DNA from: an uncultured Verrucomicrobiae bacterium
GTDB taxonomy: Bacteria > Verrucomicrobiota > Verrucomicrobiia > Chthoniobacterales > UBA10450
Length of the DNA stretch: 64,000 nucleotides
Direction: 5' to 3'
Assembly: GCA_963726745.1 (NCBI GenBank)
Contig: CAVSDR010000003.1
Span: forward strand, 480,001-544,000
Positions 1 through 10,057 of this stretch are shown here, in pieces. The first letter of the stretch is position 1; each line of letters starts with the position of its first letter. The translations under genes were made by a program, and so were the position numbers. The notes beneath the pieces were generated by a model. That model was not told where the DNA came from, searched no databases, and saw only the letters and a program-made list of their open reading frames with translations.

Positions 1-2749
1 GAAATCGTGCGCCGCAGCCGTCTGCGCCGCGGTTAGGACGCGGTCCACATCCGGCTCCGCATCGCCGAAGGCGATGTTCTTCGCGATCGTCTCGTTAAAC
101 ATGTGGTTCTCCTGCAGCACCATCCCGATATGCCGCCGGACGTCGCGGTAGTTGAGCGTCTTCAGGTCGGTGTGATCGAAGAAAATGCTGCCGGCCGTCG
201 GCTCGAGCAGGCCGGCGATGAGCTTGATCAAGAGTCGTCTTCCCGCAGCCGCTGCGGCCGACGAAGGCAATCATTCGTCCCGGCGCGAACTGCAGGGTGA
301 TGTCCTCGAGAATGTTCGGCGACTCCGGGCCGCCATATTTAAACGACACATTCTTGATTTCGATCCGCCCCTCCAGGCTGTGCACCGGCGCAAGGCGCGA
401 ACGATCCCGCCCTTGCTCCGGCTCCTGCTCGAAGATGTCGTTCAACCGATTCAGCAACACCGAGGCGAGCTGCATGTTATCCCACACGCCGAGGGTGCGG
501 AGAATGCCGCCATAAGCCATCGCCGTGAGCGAACTGAAGGCGACGAAGCCGCCGACGGTGAGGTTGCCGTTCATCACCTGGTTCGCGCCCACCCAGAGGA
601 AAATCGCGGTCGAGAGCATGCCGATCGTCTGCAGCAGGCTGTCGTAGGACATGACGATGAAGTTGCTGCGAAAAATCTTTTTCGAGACCGCGAGGAACTC
701 ATTCAACATCGCGTCGCGGAAGACCGTCTCCGCGGCGGCAGCTTTGACCGCCTCGATCCCCTTGATCGCGTCGATCTGGTGCGAGCTGTATTTGCCCTGC
801 GCTTCTTCCACGCTGCCGAAGAGCGGGCGCAGCACCTTGAAGGAAAAATACATCAGGCCCACGTAGAGCGGCGTGGTCGCGAGAAACGCGAACATGAGCG
901 ACGGGCTGTAGATCATCATCAGCGAGATCGCGCCGAAGAGCGAAACCAAAGCGAGGATCGCACCGATTCCTTGTCCCACGGCGAATTGCCGCACCTGGCT
1001 GGCGCCCGCGAGTCGGCGCTGGATGTCGCCCGTGCGCCGGCTGCTAAAATACGTCATCGGCAGCGAGAGAAGTTGCCGGCTAAGGAAATCGAGGATCGAG
1101 GTGTCGAGCCGCACGGCCGCGAAGGCGAGCAGATATTCCTGCGTGAGCGTCGAGGCCTGCACGAAGAACAAGGCCACGCCCATCCCGAGCAGGATCACCT
1201 TCAAAAGCCCCACGTCCCGCTCCACGATCACCTTGTCCACCACCATCTGGGTGAAGATGGGGAAGAGCATTTGCAGGAAGGTGACCGCGACCGCGAGCAG
1301 CATCACCTGCAGGAGCGTCTTCCGGTGTTTCGCCAAAAACGGGAGCACCCACGCGGCCGAGGCTTTCCCCTCCGGCGTCTTCTCGAACTCGATCGTGTAA
1401 TCGAAAAGCGCCGCGTAGCCCGACCAATTTTGCTCGAATTCCTTGCGCGGAATCTTGCGCAAGCCCGATGCCGGATCGGCCACGCGCACGAACTTTTCGT
1501 TCACGTCGTAGAGCACCATCCAGTGGTTCCCCTCCCAGTGGATCACCGCGGGCAGCGGCATGTTCGGGAGGTTACGCAGCGAGACCTTGAGCGCGCGCGC
1601 CGCCAGGCCCAGCTCATTGGCCGCGCGGCAAATTGCCTTCAAGCTCGTGCCATCGGTCGACGTGTGGCAGAGCTGCCGGATGCGCGTGAGGCTGACCTTG
1701 CGCCCAAAGTGCCGGCAAATCATCCCCAGGCTGGCCGCGCCGCAATCCATCTCATCGATCTGGCGCACATGCGGCACCTTGCGGATGCGGCCCTTCCGCT
1801 TGCGGAAGAATCCGCGCTCATCGGCGAAGGGATCGGTCGCAGTCGCCGCACTCGCGGCCGGTGGCTCGTCCACCGCCACCTTGTTGTGCATCTTCGCTTC
1901 CGCCGGCAGTTCCTCGATCGTGAAATCCAGCGGCAAACGCGCTTCCGTCTTCGCCTCGTATTGCGCCAGCCGCTCTTCCAGCAGGCGGCCGAAGTCCGGG
2001 AAATTGTGCTTCAGTTCCTGGACCGCGGCCGGCTCGAGCGCGAGCAGCCGGCAATCGGAATACGCTTCCACCGAGGCCGCGCGCGGCGAGCCGTTGAGAA
2101 TCGAGAGTTCGCCAAAGAAATCGCCGTCGCGGTAGAAGGCGAGGTTGCGCTCCTTCCCGTTATTCCCGGCAAAGGCACGCGCGCGGCCTTTCTCGAGGAT
2201 GAACATCGGCCCCGCGGCTTCCCCTTGGCGGATGATCAGGCTGCCCTTCGCCACTTCCAAGGGCGAGAGCTTCTCGATCAAGCTGCGCAAGGCTGGCGTC
2301 GGCAGGCGGCCGAAATTGCTGAACTCGTAGAGGAACCCCTGGAGCGAGCGGTGCCGCTTGATCAGCTCCACCTGCTCCTGCAGCTCGGGCACCCGCGCGC
2401 AGAGCGCGAGAAAATCGTCCCGTCCCAGACGCAACGCTTCCACCGCGGTGCTGCAGCGCACCGAGGCATTGCGCGTCCCGCCTTCGCCGAGCGCGGCTTC
2501 GCCGAAAACATCGCCCGGCCGCAAAGTAGCCAGCGCGATCTCGTTTCCGCTCTGGTCGGTCTTGATCGCGCGCGCCCGGCCGGACAGGAGGACGTAGAAC
2601 GCGTCTGCCGGATCGCCCTGGTGCACGATCACATCGCCAAATTCGTAATGCTCCTCCTGGAGGAGTGGGCGGATTTCATCGAGAAATTCCAACGGCAGAA
2701 ACCGGAAGAGCGAGGTCCGTTGGAGGACTTCTTCGTCCTGCGCTCTCAT
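1..2749 (-). CDS. Peptidase-containing ABC transporter: 2x cNMP-binding + C39 peptidase + ABC membrane domain + ATPase; runs off the window start; apparent 1-base insertion at ~231
   Basis: Likely start MRAQDEE at 2749 (ATGA overlap with the upstream gene). Two cNMP-like repeats (GDVFGE..RNASV; GDFFGE..RAASV), C39 motifs QIDEMDCG/NHW/VADP, Walker A GRSGCGKT. After the shift the frame reads LIKLIAGLLEPTAGSIFFD...VLQENHMF to position 1. Confidence 0.9.
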
Positions 2750-3825
2750 GCGGCGGAGACCGTGGGCAAGAGGCGCCATTGCACCTGGTTCGCCGTCAGG
2801 TCGGCAAAGTGTCGCTCGAGCAGGCGCTGCTCGATCCGCGCCCGCACCGGCGGATCCGAGGCCTGTGGCTCGTGTTTCCCGAGCAGCCGGCAAAGGACAA
2901 AACCATCCGCCCGCGGCGTCGGCTCCAGCAAGCTCCCCGGCGTCAGGCTCAGGAACCGTTGCTGCAGGTCCGGCGCGATCTGCTCCAGCGTCATCCCGGT
3001 TTGGCGAAAGGGATACCGCCCTTCCCGCGCCACTTCCTCCATGCTCATCCCGTCGTCGCGCACGCAAAAGAGCGCCTCGCTCGCCGCGTCTTTCGATTCC
3101 AGTTCGATCATCTCCACCTCGAAACGCGTCATCGGCAGGCGCACCGCGCCGAGCTCGCGCTCGATCGCCTCCGGCCGGAGCAGCTGCGCACACCGCGCGC
3201 GGTAAGCCGCTTCCAGCGCCATCATTTCCTCCAGCCAGGCGCGGTCGCGCCCGAGCGCGGCCAGCCAATCCTCGACCGCATCTTCGCTTAACTCATGGCG
3301 CGCGAGAAATTGCTCCTGCTGCTCGGCCCGCTCCGCATCATTTGCTTCGCCTGGCGCCGCCACCCGCCAGGCCAGCGCCAGCGCCATTCGCTCCAGCTCG
3401 CCGGTTAAAACCAGGTGCGCCACCAGCAGCTCCCGCTCATCCGCGTTCGCCTCCGCGTAGGGCCGGCTCTCGGCCGCCATCTTGCCGGCTAAATTTCGCT
3501 GCCAATAATTCCGCGCGAAGAAATTGCTGAAGTCCCCCAGGTCGAGCGCCCGCTCTTCCAGCCAGCGCTCCGTTTCCTCCGCGGTGATTAATTCGTGGCG
3601 ATAACGGAATTCCACCGCCGCCTGGTCGATCGCTCCCGCTTCCGGCTCCGCGCCGCTCGCCTCCGCCTTCCGCTCCGCCGCGCGCGCCGCCTGCAGCGCC
3701 TGCCACGGCCCGGTTAATTCCCCGCGAAAGTGCGCCGCATCGATCACGTCTGCCGCGGTGTATTCCCGCGAGGCACAGGCAAAGAGAATCCGCTGTCCCT
3801 TAGCGGCTGGCGCTGTGCTTGTCAT
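2746..3825 (-). CDS. Hypothetical protein with a degenerate PpiC/parvulin-like C-terminal region (putative maturation or secretion chaperone)
   Basis: Start MTSTAPAAK at 3825. C-terminal 'SMEEVAREG...LSLTPGSLLEP..DGFVL' resembles rotamase-like domains. Stop overlaps the transporter start. Confidence 0.55.
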   Translation of the reverse strand: MTSTAPAAKGQRILFACASREYTAADVIDAAHFRGELTGPWQALQAARAAERKAEASGAEPEAGAIDQAAVEFRYRHELITAEETERWLEERALDLGDFSNFFARNYWQRNLAGKMAAESRPYAEANADERELLVAHLVLTGELERMALALAWRVAAPGEANDAERAEQQEQFLARHELSEDAVEDWLAALGRDRAWLEEMMALEAAYRARCAQLLRPEAIERELGAVRLPMTRFEVEMIELESKDAASEALFCVRDDGMSMEEVAREGRYPFRQTGMTLEQIAPDLQQRFLSLTPGSLLEPTPRADGFVLCRLLGKHEPQASDPPVRARIEQRLLERHFADLTANQVQWRLLPTVSAA

Positions 3826-4139
3826 TCGTAGCTTCGGTTTTAGTGAAAAAGCCGGCGCGTTGTCGAGTGCGGCCTCGCAGGGGTTAAGCGCAGTCCGCCG
3901 GAGAGAACGGCCATCTCGCTGCCTAACGGGTGCAAGCAAAATGCCGCCTTGTCTTCCCCGGGAAATGCTCGAAACTAGCCCGCTCCCGGTTCGTTCCCCG
4001 CGCTCGGTCGAAAGACCGATGGGCGCACGGTCAACGCCAGGCGCCGCCAGTACGGCGCGCGCTCGCCGGGTGGCAGGCGCCAGCTGTTCTGGCGCAGTGG
4101 GTTTCGCGATGGGCGCCTCGGCGGCTCGTCGCCGCATTT

Positions 4140-4358
4140 ATGAATTCCGAAAAAGCAATCGAACTCGAAGGCCGCATCACTTCCGTCCTCGCGGGCACCA
4201 TGTTCCGCGTCCAACTCGCAAACGACCACATGGTCCTGGCGCATATCTCCGGGAAAATGCGCAAACGTTTCATCCGCCTGACCACGGGCGACCGCGTCAA
4301 GCTCCAGATGTCGCCCTACGATGTCAGCAAGGCGCGCATCGTCTATCGCCTCGGTTAA
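4140..4358 (+). CDS. infA: Translation initiation factor IF-1
   Basis: 72 aa; [27 protein letters not shown]...GDRV..MSPYD..KARI.YR. Confidence 0.97.
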   Translation: MNSEKAIELEGRITSVLAGTMFRVQLANDHMVLAHISGKMRKRFIRLTTGDRVKLQMSPYDVSKARIVYRLG

Positions 4359-4382
4359 CGCCCCTCTTTCCTTCCGCCTGCC

Positions 4383-4559
4383 ATGATCAAACGCGTCCTC
4401 GTTCGTTGCCCCTCCACCGCCAAGCTCACGCCCACCGGCCAGACCGTGGACGAGGAACATTGGGAAACCACCAAGCTCAAGGCCCCCAAGAAACTCGAGT
4501 GCCCTCACTGCCAGGGAACGCACGAGTGGACTAAGAAGGACGTCGTCCTCGCTCGTTAG
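4383..4559 (+). CDS. Small zinc-ribbon-like protein (58 aa; not in the ORF track)
   Basis: Translated by hand: MIKRVLVRCPSTAKLTPTGQTVDEEHWETTKLKAPKKLECPHCQGTHEWTKKDVVLAR*. C...CPHC..H pattern; genome-typical codon usage. Confidence 0.75.
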   Translation: MIKRVLVRCPSTAKLTPTGQTVDEEHWETTKLKAPKKLECPHCQGTHEWTKKDVVLAR

Positions 4560-4627
4560 GCAGCGCTTTCGCCGAGAGCGGGATTGACCGCCGCGCTGCC
4601 GCTTGCTTAGATCAAGCCGAACGCGCC

Positions 4628-5078
4628 ATGGCCAAGCAGCGCAAAACCGCGGCGGCTTCCCCCGCCGATGCCCCGAAGACGGAAAACGCCTTCGACGCTG
4701 GCCGTGAAGTGGCCGGCAATTTCTTCCGCGAAGCCGAGGATGCCTCGCCGAAATTAGTCGACGAGATCATGGCCCTGCGGCGCGATTATCTCCGCGCCTG
4801 GTCCGAGGGCGTCGGCTCCTGGCTCGATTTCGGCGAAGAGGTGCTCGAGAAGCTTAACGTCCGCCCGCAGAGTCTCCGCCGACATGAAAAACATGGCCCG
4901 CGACCTCACCGAAGGCTGGCTCAAAGCCGAGGCGGAAGTGCTGCAAAACGCCCTCGGCGTTTCCCGCTCGCTCGTCCAGGCCGCCGCCGCCGGCTCCCAG
5001 GCGCTCAACGCCGCCGGCTTTCGCGCCACCCTCTCCGCGGTCGACCTCGTCCGCGCCCGCGAAACCAAGAACGGCTGA
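4628..5078 (+). CDS. Helical hypothetical protein (phasin-like character), probably one gene split by a 1-base insertion at ~4855-4880
   Basis: Frame from 4628 is protein-like up to EKLN; the +1 frame continues SARRVSADMKNMARDLTEGW...ETKNG*. TTGACC-N18-TAGATC promoter-like sequence upstream. Confidence 0.5.
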
Positions 5079-5095
5079 CGACCCCGCGCTGATCC

Positions 5096-7159
5096 ATGCC
5101 TGGACTCAGCGAGGACGCCGCACCGCCAGTCGTCACCCTTGCCGGGAACCTGGCCGACGCGCTCGAGCGCAGCGGCTTTTGGCCACGCGTGCGCGGGCGC
5201 ATCCTCATTCTCCCGGATCTTGGCTTTTTCTCCGCGGCTGCGCCCACTTTCACGGATCCGCGCCTGGTCGAGGAGTTGATCGATCTCCTGCACGCGCGCG
5301 GGCACAGCGCGGTCACCGTCGGCGCCTCGCCTAACGAGTGGATTCACTGGACGGAAAATCGCGCCGTCCCCGTGCTCGCCGATCTCGCTGGCTATCGCTA
5401 CGTCACCGCGGGTGGCGTGCCCTACGACTTCGTCGATCTGAGCGAGGAAACCGTGGGCGATCTTTTCCCGGCGCACTCCTCCCTGCGCGACCGCGCCCTC
5501 AGCCGGCTTTGGCTGGAGGCGGATTGCCGGATCAACTTCGCCAAGAACAAGACCGACGAAGCCAACGCCTACGCGCTCGGCTTGCAAAACCTCCTCAGTC
5601 TTCTCCCGCCGCCGCGGCTCCCGGCGGAGGAATGCGCCGCCGATCTCCTCCGCTACGCTCCGCCGCACTTTACTTTGATCGATGGCCTCACGAGCAATCA
5701 CGGCGCCCACGGCAGCCGGGCCGCCGCGCCCCTGGAGACAAATACGATCGTCGCGAGTTCGTCGCTCCTCCTGGCCGACTGGGCCGCGGCGCTTAAGATG
5801 GGCCTCGACCCCTACAGCTCGCCATTAAACGCTCACGCGCTGCGGGAAATCGGCCTACCGGCGAGTTATCGAATCGACGGCTCCCTCGCCACCTACCCTG
5901 GCTGGCGCAATGTCCCGCCGCTCGTGCTTGATTCCGCGCGCCGCCGCAATCAATCCGCCGCCTTTTCCCGCCTGGCGCAGCCCTGGCTCCAGCAGGTCGA
6001 CCCGGAGCTTTTCCCTTTCCGGGAATTGCTGCACGAGCGCGCGCACGCCTGGGCGCAAAAATACCTCGGCGCCACCGGGGACAACGCCGCCCTGGTCGCC
6101 TCCGTGCTTGCGAATTACCTCATCGGCCAGGCGCATGCCGGCAGCGAAGCTCTCCGCATTGTCTTCGCCAAGCAGGCGCTCGCGCGCCGCCAGACCGGCC
6201 TCAGCTTCGATCCGCACGATTACTCGTTAGCCGACTACGAGGCGGCCGCGCCCTACATGGAGCAATGGGAGCGCCTTGTCGCCGAGACCGAGCCGCACGA
6301 GTCCGGCCTCCGCTGGCGCTACCTCGATGGCTCGGTCGTTTTCCGGATGGCGCGCGTGCTCCCTTTCCCCTTCGAGCAATGGCGTGCGCGGGTCGACATC
6401 GCCGGCGCGGTCTCGAGCATGAACGATTACCTCGGCGGCGCCTGCGTGCCGGTGCAGCGCGATGCCCTCGGCCTCGTGACCCACCAGGCGGAGCGGAACA
6501 TCTACCTCCCGCAACCGAACTGGATGGCCTTTTTCGGCGGCGCGGCCATCGATGTTTGCAAGCTCGAGCACGTCCGCTACGCGCCCGACTTCCAGCGGAT
6601 TTACTGGCGCACAATCCGTAGCCCTAACGAATCGGCGGAGTTTGACGACGGGATCGTCAGCTTTGCGCGCGCGGGCGAAGACCAAACCGAAATCTCCATC
6701 GTCGGGCGGCAAAAGTTTCGCCTGCCGCTCTTCTGGCAGGCGGTCAACATGGACCTCTGGCCTTCGATCAAGGATGTCCTCGTGACCCATGCCTACGAGA
6801 ATTATTTCCGCGGCACGCTGGCTAATTTTCAGGCGCAATACGAAGGCCGCGAGTTCCGCATCGGCCACACCCCACCTAACGAGGCACCCCCCACCGGCCT
6901 TGAAGCGCTGCTTGAGCTCTTCGGCCTCCAGCCGGCCGACGTGGAGAAATACGCCCACGTGATCCGCGGCGGGAAGGCCGCGCCCGCAGCCGATCCCGCG
7001 GCGACGATCGACGAGCACGGGTTCCGCCATTTTCCCGGCGCCGACCACGGTGCGCTGCCGCCCGATCCGTTCGCCAGCGCCTTTCACGAGAGCCGCAGTT
7101 TCCTCGGCGGATTGCTCCAGGCGATGCGGAAGGATCTCGGCCTCGCGGAGGAAAAATGA
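5096..7159 (+). CDS. DUF362-like N-terminal domain fused to a SRPBCC/START-like C-terminal domain
   Basis: DUF362-like motifs FTDPRLVEELI, INFAKNKT, LIDG...G..G, ASSSLLLAD.AA..KMG.DP; C-terminal helix-grip-like region. 687 aa. Confidence 0.6.
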   Translation: MPGLSEDAAPPVVTLAGNLADALERSGFWPRVRGRILILPDLGFFSAAAPTFTDPRLVEELIDLLHARGHSAVTVGASPNEWIHWTENRAVPVLADLAGYRYVTAGGVPYDFVDLSEETVGDLFPAHSSLRDRALSRLWLEADCRINFAKNKTDEANAYALGLQNLLSLLPPPRLPAEECAADLLRYAPPHFTLIDGLTSNHGAHGSRAAAPLETNTIVASSSLLLADWAAALKMGLDPYSSPLNAHALREIGLPASYRIDGSLATYPGWRNVPPLVLDSARRRNQSAAFSRLAQPWLQQVDPELFPFRELLHERAHAWAQKYLGATGDNAALVASVLANYLIGQAHAGSEALRIVFAKQALARRQTGLSFDPHDYSLADYEAAAPYMEQWERLVAETEPHESGLRWRYLDGSVVFRMARVLPFPFEQWRARVDIAGAVSSMNDYLGGACVPVQRDALGLVTHQAERNIYLPQPNWMAFFGGAAIDVCKLEHVRYAPDFQRIYWRTIRSPNESAEFDDGIVSFARAGEDQTEISIVGRQKFRLPLFWQAVNMDLWPSIKDVLVTHAYENYFRGTLANFQAQYEGREFRIGHTPPNEAPPTGLEALLELFGLQPADVEKYAHVIRGGKAAPAADPAATIDEHGFRHFPGADHGALPPDPFASAFHESRSFLGGLLQAMRKDLGLAEEK

Positions 7160-8181
7160 AAGCGCTCGTCACCGGCGCGAATGGCTTGATCGGCGCGCAT
7201 CTCGTGCGCGCCCTGCTCAGCGACGGCCACCACGTCCGGGCGTTCGTCCGGCCGACGAGCGACGTGAGCACGCTGGCGGGCCTGGAGATTGAAATCGCCC
7301 ACGGCGACATCTTGCTGCCTGTTTCTCTCGCGGAAGCCGCGGCTGGCTGCGACGTTCTCTTCCACACCGCCGCCGTCTACGCCTACCGCGGCTACACCGC
7401 CGAGCAGCTCACGCGCATCGCGGTCGATGGCACCCGCAATGTCCTCCGCGCCGCGCGCGCTGCCGGCGTCGCGCGCGTCGTCCTCACTTCCTCGTCCGTC
7501 GTCCTCGGCTCGAGCACGCAGCCCGCAGTGCGCGACGAATCCCATTCGCTCAACGAAGCCAACGCCCCCGCCTACGTGCGCGCGAAAGCCGCGCAGGAAC
7601 GCAGCGCGTTCGAGACCGCGGAGAATCTCGGCGTCGATCTGGTCGCGGTTTTGCCGACGATCACCGTCGGCCCGCATGATCTCCGTCTCGGCCCGAGCAA
7701 CGCGATCCTGTGCAGCTATCTTCAGGACCCTTGGAAGCTCACCTGGCCGGGCGGTTGCAATGTCGTCGCCGCGGAGGATGTGGCCCGCGGGCACCTGCTG
7801 GCCGCGCTGCACGGGACGCGTGGCGAGCGCTACCTGCTCGGCGGGGAGAATCTCGAGTGGCCGCGGCTCCATCGTCTCGTCTCGGATATTTGCGGCGTCT
7901 CCGGGCCGATGTTGCAGGCTAATCACACCTCCGCCTTCCTGGCCGCGACCGCGCAGGAACTCTTCGCCTGGGCCACCGGGACGAACGCCCTCACGAGTCG
8001 CGCGCAGGCAGCCATGGTCGGCCGCTTCTATTGGTATGACCACGCGCAGGCCGCGGAAAAATTAGCCTACACCCCGATGCCGGCCCGAGCCGCGCTCGCT
8101 CGCGCGCTCGCGTGGCTCGCGACCACCGCACACCTTCCGCCGTGGGTGCGCGGGCGCTTGCACCTCGAACCTGCTGCCTAA
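7156..8181 (+). CDS. NAD-dependent epimerase/dehydratase (extended SDR, HpnA/dihydroflavonol-reductase-like)
   Basis: TGANGLIG, FHTAA, TSS and YVRAK motifs; ATGA overlap with the upstream gene. Confidence 0.88.
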   Translation: MKALVTGANGLIGAHLVRALLSDGHHVRAFVRPTSDVSTLAGLEIEIAHGDILLPVSLAEAAAGCDVLFHTAAVYAYRGYTAEQLTRIAVDGTRNVLRAARAAGVARVVLTSSSVVLGSSTQPAVRDESHSLNEANAPAYVRAKAAQERSAFETAENLGVDLVAVLPTITVGPHDLRLGPSNAILCSYLQDPWKLTWPGGCNVVAAEDVARGHLLAALHGTRGERYLLGGENLEWPRLHRLVSDICGVSGPMLQANHTSAFLAATAQELFAWATGTNALTSRAQAAMVGRFYWYDHAQAAEKLAYTPMPARAALARALAWLATTAHLPPWVRGRLHLEPAA

Positions 8182-8184
8182 CGA

Positions 8185-8697
8185 ATGGAAACGAAAACGC
8201 TCAGCATGGTGCAGCATCCGCGCGACCTCGTCTGGGTCACGATGCGCGATCGCCTCCCGGAAATCGTGGCCGCGGTCGAGGATGTCGAGAGCGTGGCGCT
8301 CGTAAGCTGCCAGGAATTAGCCGGCAACCTCTGCACGGAATATCTCTGGCAGGCGCGACCGAAGTTGCCCGCGCTCGTGGCCGTAAACGTCCGGCCGGAG
8401 ATGCTCCGCTGGACCGATCGCGCCCGCTGGTCGGAGCCGGAGTTCATTTGCACCTGGGAGATCGAGCCGCACGCCTTCCGCGAGAGCATCCAGTGCCGCG
8501 GGACCACGCGCTACGAGCTCGCCATGGGCGGCCGCGGCACGCGGATCACCTTCACGAGCGATTTCCAGCTCGGCCGCGCGCGCGACGGTGCCCCCGGCAA
8601 TCCCATGCTGCACCTGGCCGAGCCGATCCTGCGCGGCTTGATCCCGAAGAACTTCAGCAAAGTCGTGGCCGCGCTGGCCGCGCTTCTCGCTCGTTAG
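8185..8697 (+). CDS. SRPBCC/START-like lipid-binding-fold protein
   Basis: 170 aa; 'HPRDLVW..MRD' start and C-terminal helix typical of helix-grip proteins. Confidence 0.55.
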   Translation: METKTLSMVQHPRDLVWVTMRDRLPEIVAAVEDVESVALVSCQELAGNLCTEYLWQARPKLPALVAVNVRPEMLRWTDRARWSEPEFICTWEIEPHAFRESIQCRGTTRYELAMGGRGTRITFTSDFQLGRARDGAPGNPMLHLAEPILRGLIPKNFSKVVAALAALLAR

Positions 8698-9935
8698 GCA
8701 GCAACTTCTGCCGGCGACGACACCAGCCAACCGTGGTGAAACCCGAGCCGCGGGTCGGCGTATTTCCCGACGTGCGGCGCAAACTCCTGCAGCGGCGGCA
8801 TGCTCACGCGCAGCCGGATTTGGTTCGAGGGATAATCGTAAACCGTGATGTGATTCAGCCCGCGATTCGCGGTGAAGAGGAGCGACTGGTCCTTCGAAAG
8901 CTGGCAGGCGTAGATCGAATCGAGGATCGCATATTGGCTCACCCGGAGCGCGTTCAGAATGTGCCGGCTATTGGTCGACCAACTGGCGCGACCGAAGACT
9001 TCCAGGACCTGCGTGGCGATTTCGCGCGGCCGGCGCAGGAGGCTGGCTGCGTCCGGCGTTTCATCGATCATGCGGAAATCGCGGAAGCTTTCGAGGTCGA
9101 TCATGATGATCGTCTGGCTCGCGCCATTGCAGAAAATCAGCTCGCGATCGGAGATGGTGACGTCGGAATTGATGTGCGCCGGGGTCTCGCGGCTCGCAGT
9201 CCAATGCCGCACGATCCCACCGCTGGGCGCATCAATCTCGAAGGCGTATTCCTTCATGAAGGCGATGGCCCATTCGTGGTAATCCTCGTGGTCCTGCGGG
9301 AGGACGCGGAAGGAAACGGCGTAGAACAGATCCTTCGTCGGATGCGCCACCAGGTGCCAGCAAGTCGTCGGCAATGAGATCCGCGTGGCCTCGCCCGTGA
9401 CCATGTCCCACACGCCCACTTCCTTTGCTTCACCGTCGCGACCGTGCGCCGGATTATCCATCGAGCCGTAACACATGTAACGGCCGGAGCGCGTCAGCTT
9501 CATCCCGTGCGGCAGCTTCACCTTGTGCGGCCCGAGCTTCTCGCCCTTCGAGAGATCGCGGAGGTCGAACTTGTAAAAGTAATCGCCGATCGCGGTGATG
9601 AACTCGTGCGTGTTCAGCCAAATCGCGTGCGTGCTCCCGCGAATCGTGGTGTCGTTAGGCTCGAAGCGCAGGGTGGAGATGCGTTCGATTTCCTCCAGCG
9701 TCTCGGCATCGTAGAAAATGAGATGCTGCCCGGCGTTGCCGAGGTAGCCGTAGCTCGCGGCGGCATTCACGCTGACCGCATGACCCGCGGCCGCGCCCTG
9801 GAAATACTTGATCTTATAGGCGTAGGAATTGTCCGCCGGATCGAAGAGAAAAATGCACGTCCCGGCCATGCCTTCGAGGCCGTTGAGCCCGTTCCCGTCG
9901 AGGGCCACGTGGAAAGCATAGGGGTAACGCTTCAC
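8694..9935 (-). CDS. Beta-propeller (YncE/lactonase-like) hypothetical protein
   Basis: Probable GTG start VKRYPYAFH. Blade-like repeats GHAVSV, PHGMKLT, WHLVAHP, AHINSDV, FHH; His-rich. Confidence 0.6.
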   Translation of the reverse strand: MKRYPYAFHVALDGNGLNGLEGMAGTCIFLFDPADNSYAYKIKYFQGAAAGHAVSVNAAASYGYLGNAGQHLIFYDAETLEEIERISTLRFEPNDTTIRGSTHAIWLNTHEFITAIGDYFYKFDLRDLSKGEKLGPHKVKLPHGMKLTRSGRYMCYGSMDNPAHGRDGEAKEVGVWDMVTGEATRISLPTTCWHLVAHPTKDLFYAVSFRVLPQDHEDYHEWAIAFMKEYAFEIDAPSGGIVRHWTASRETPAHINSDVTISDRELIFCNGASQTIIMIDLESFRDFRMIDETPDAASLLRRPREIATQVLEVFGRASWSTNSRHILNALRVSQYAILDSIYACQLSKDQSLLFTANRGLNHITVYDYPSNQIRLRVSMPPLQEFAPHVGKYADPRLGFHHGWLVSSPAEVAA

Positions 9936-10057
9936 GCCAGCGCCAGCTTGGGCGGTCGCGGTCGGCGGCGTCAAGCTCCGCACCGCGGCGCCGCAACTGG
10001 CGAACGCTCGAAGCTATGCTGGTCGCGCTGCAACTCACGTGCTAGAAGCTCTTTCGC

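Noticed and set aside
185..3205. Long antisense ORFs (e.g. 185..3205 +, 9971..11536 -, 47374..49464 -, and the N-terminal parts of 12626..14617 and 57942..60173)
   Set aside because: They are shadows of real genes on the opposite strand in high-GC DNA, with no recognisable motifs.
2750..3268. N-terminal extension of the transporter ORF to 3268
   Set aside because: It overlaps the upstream gene in another frame; the ATGA coupling at 2746-2749 marks the real start.
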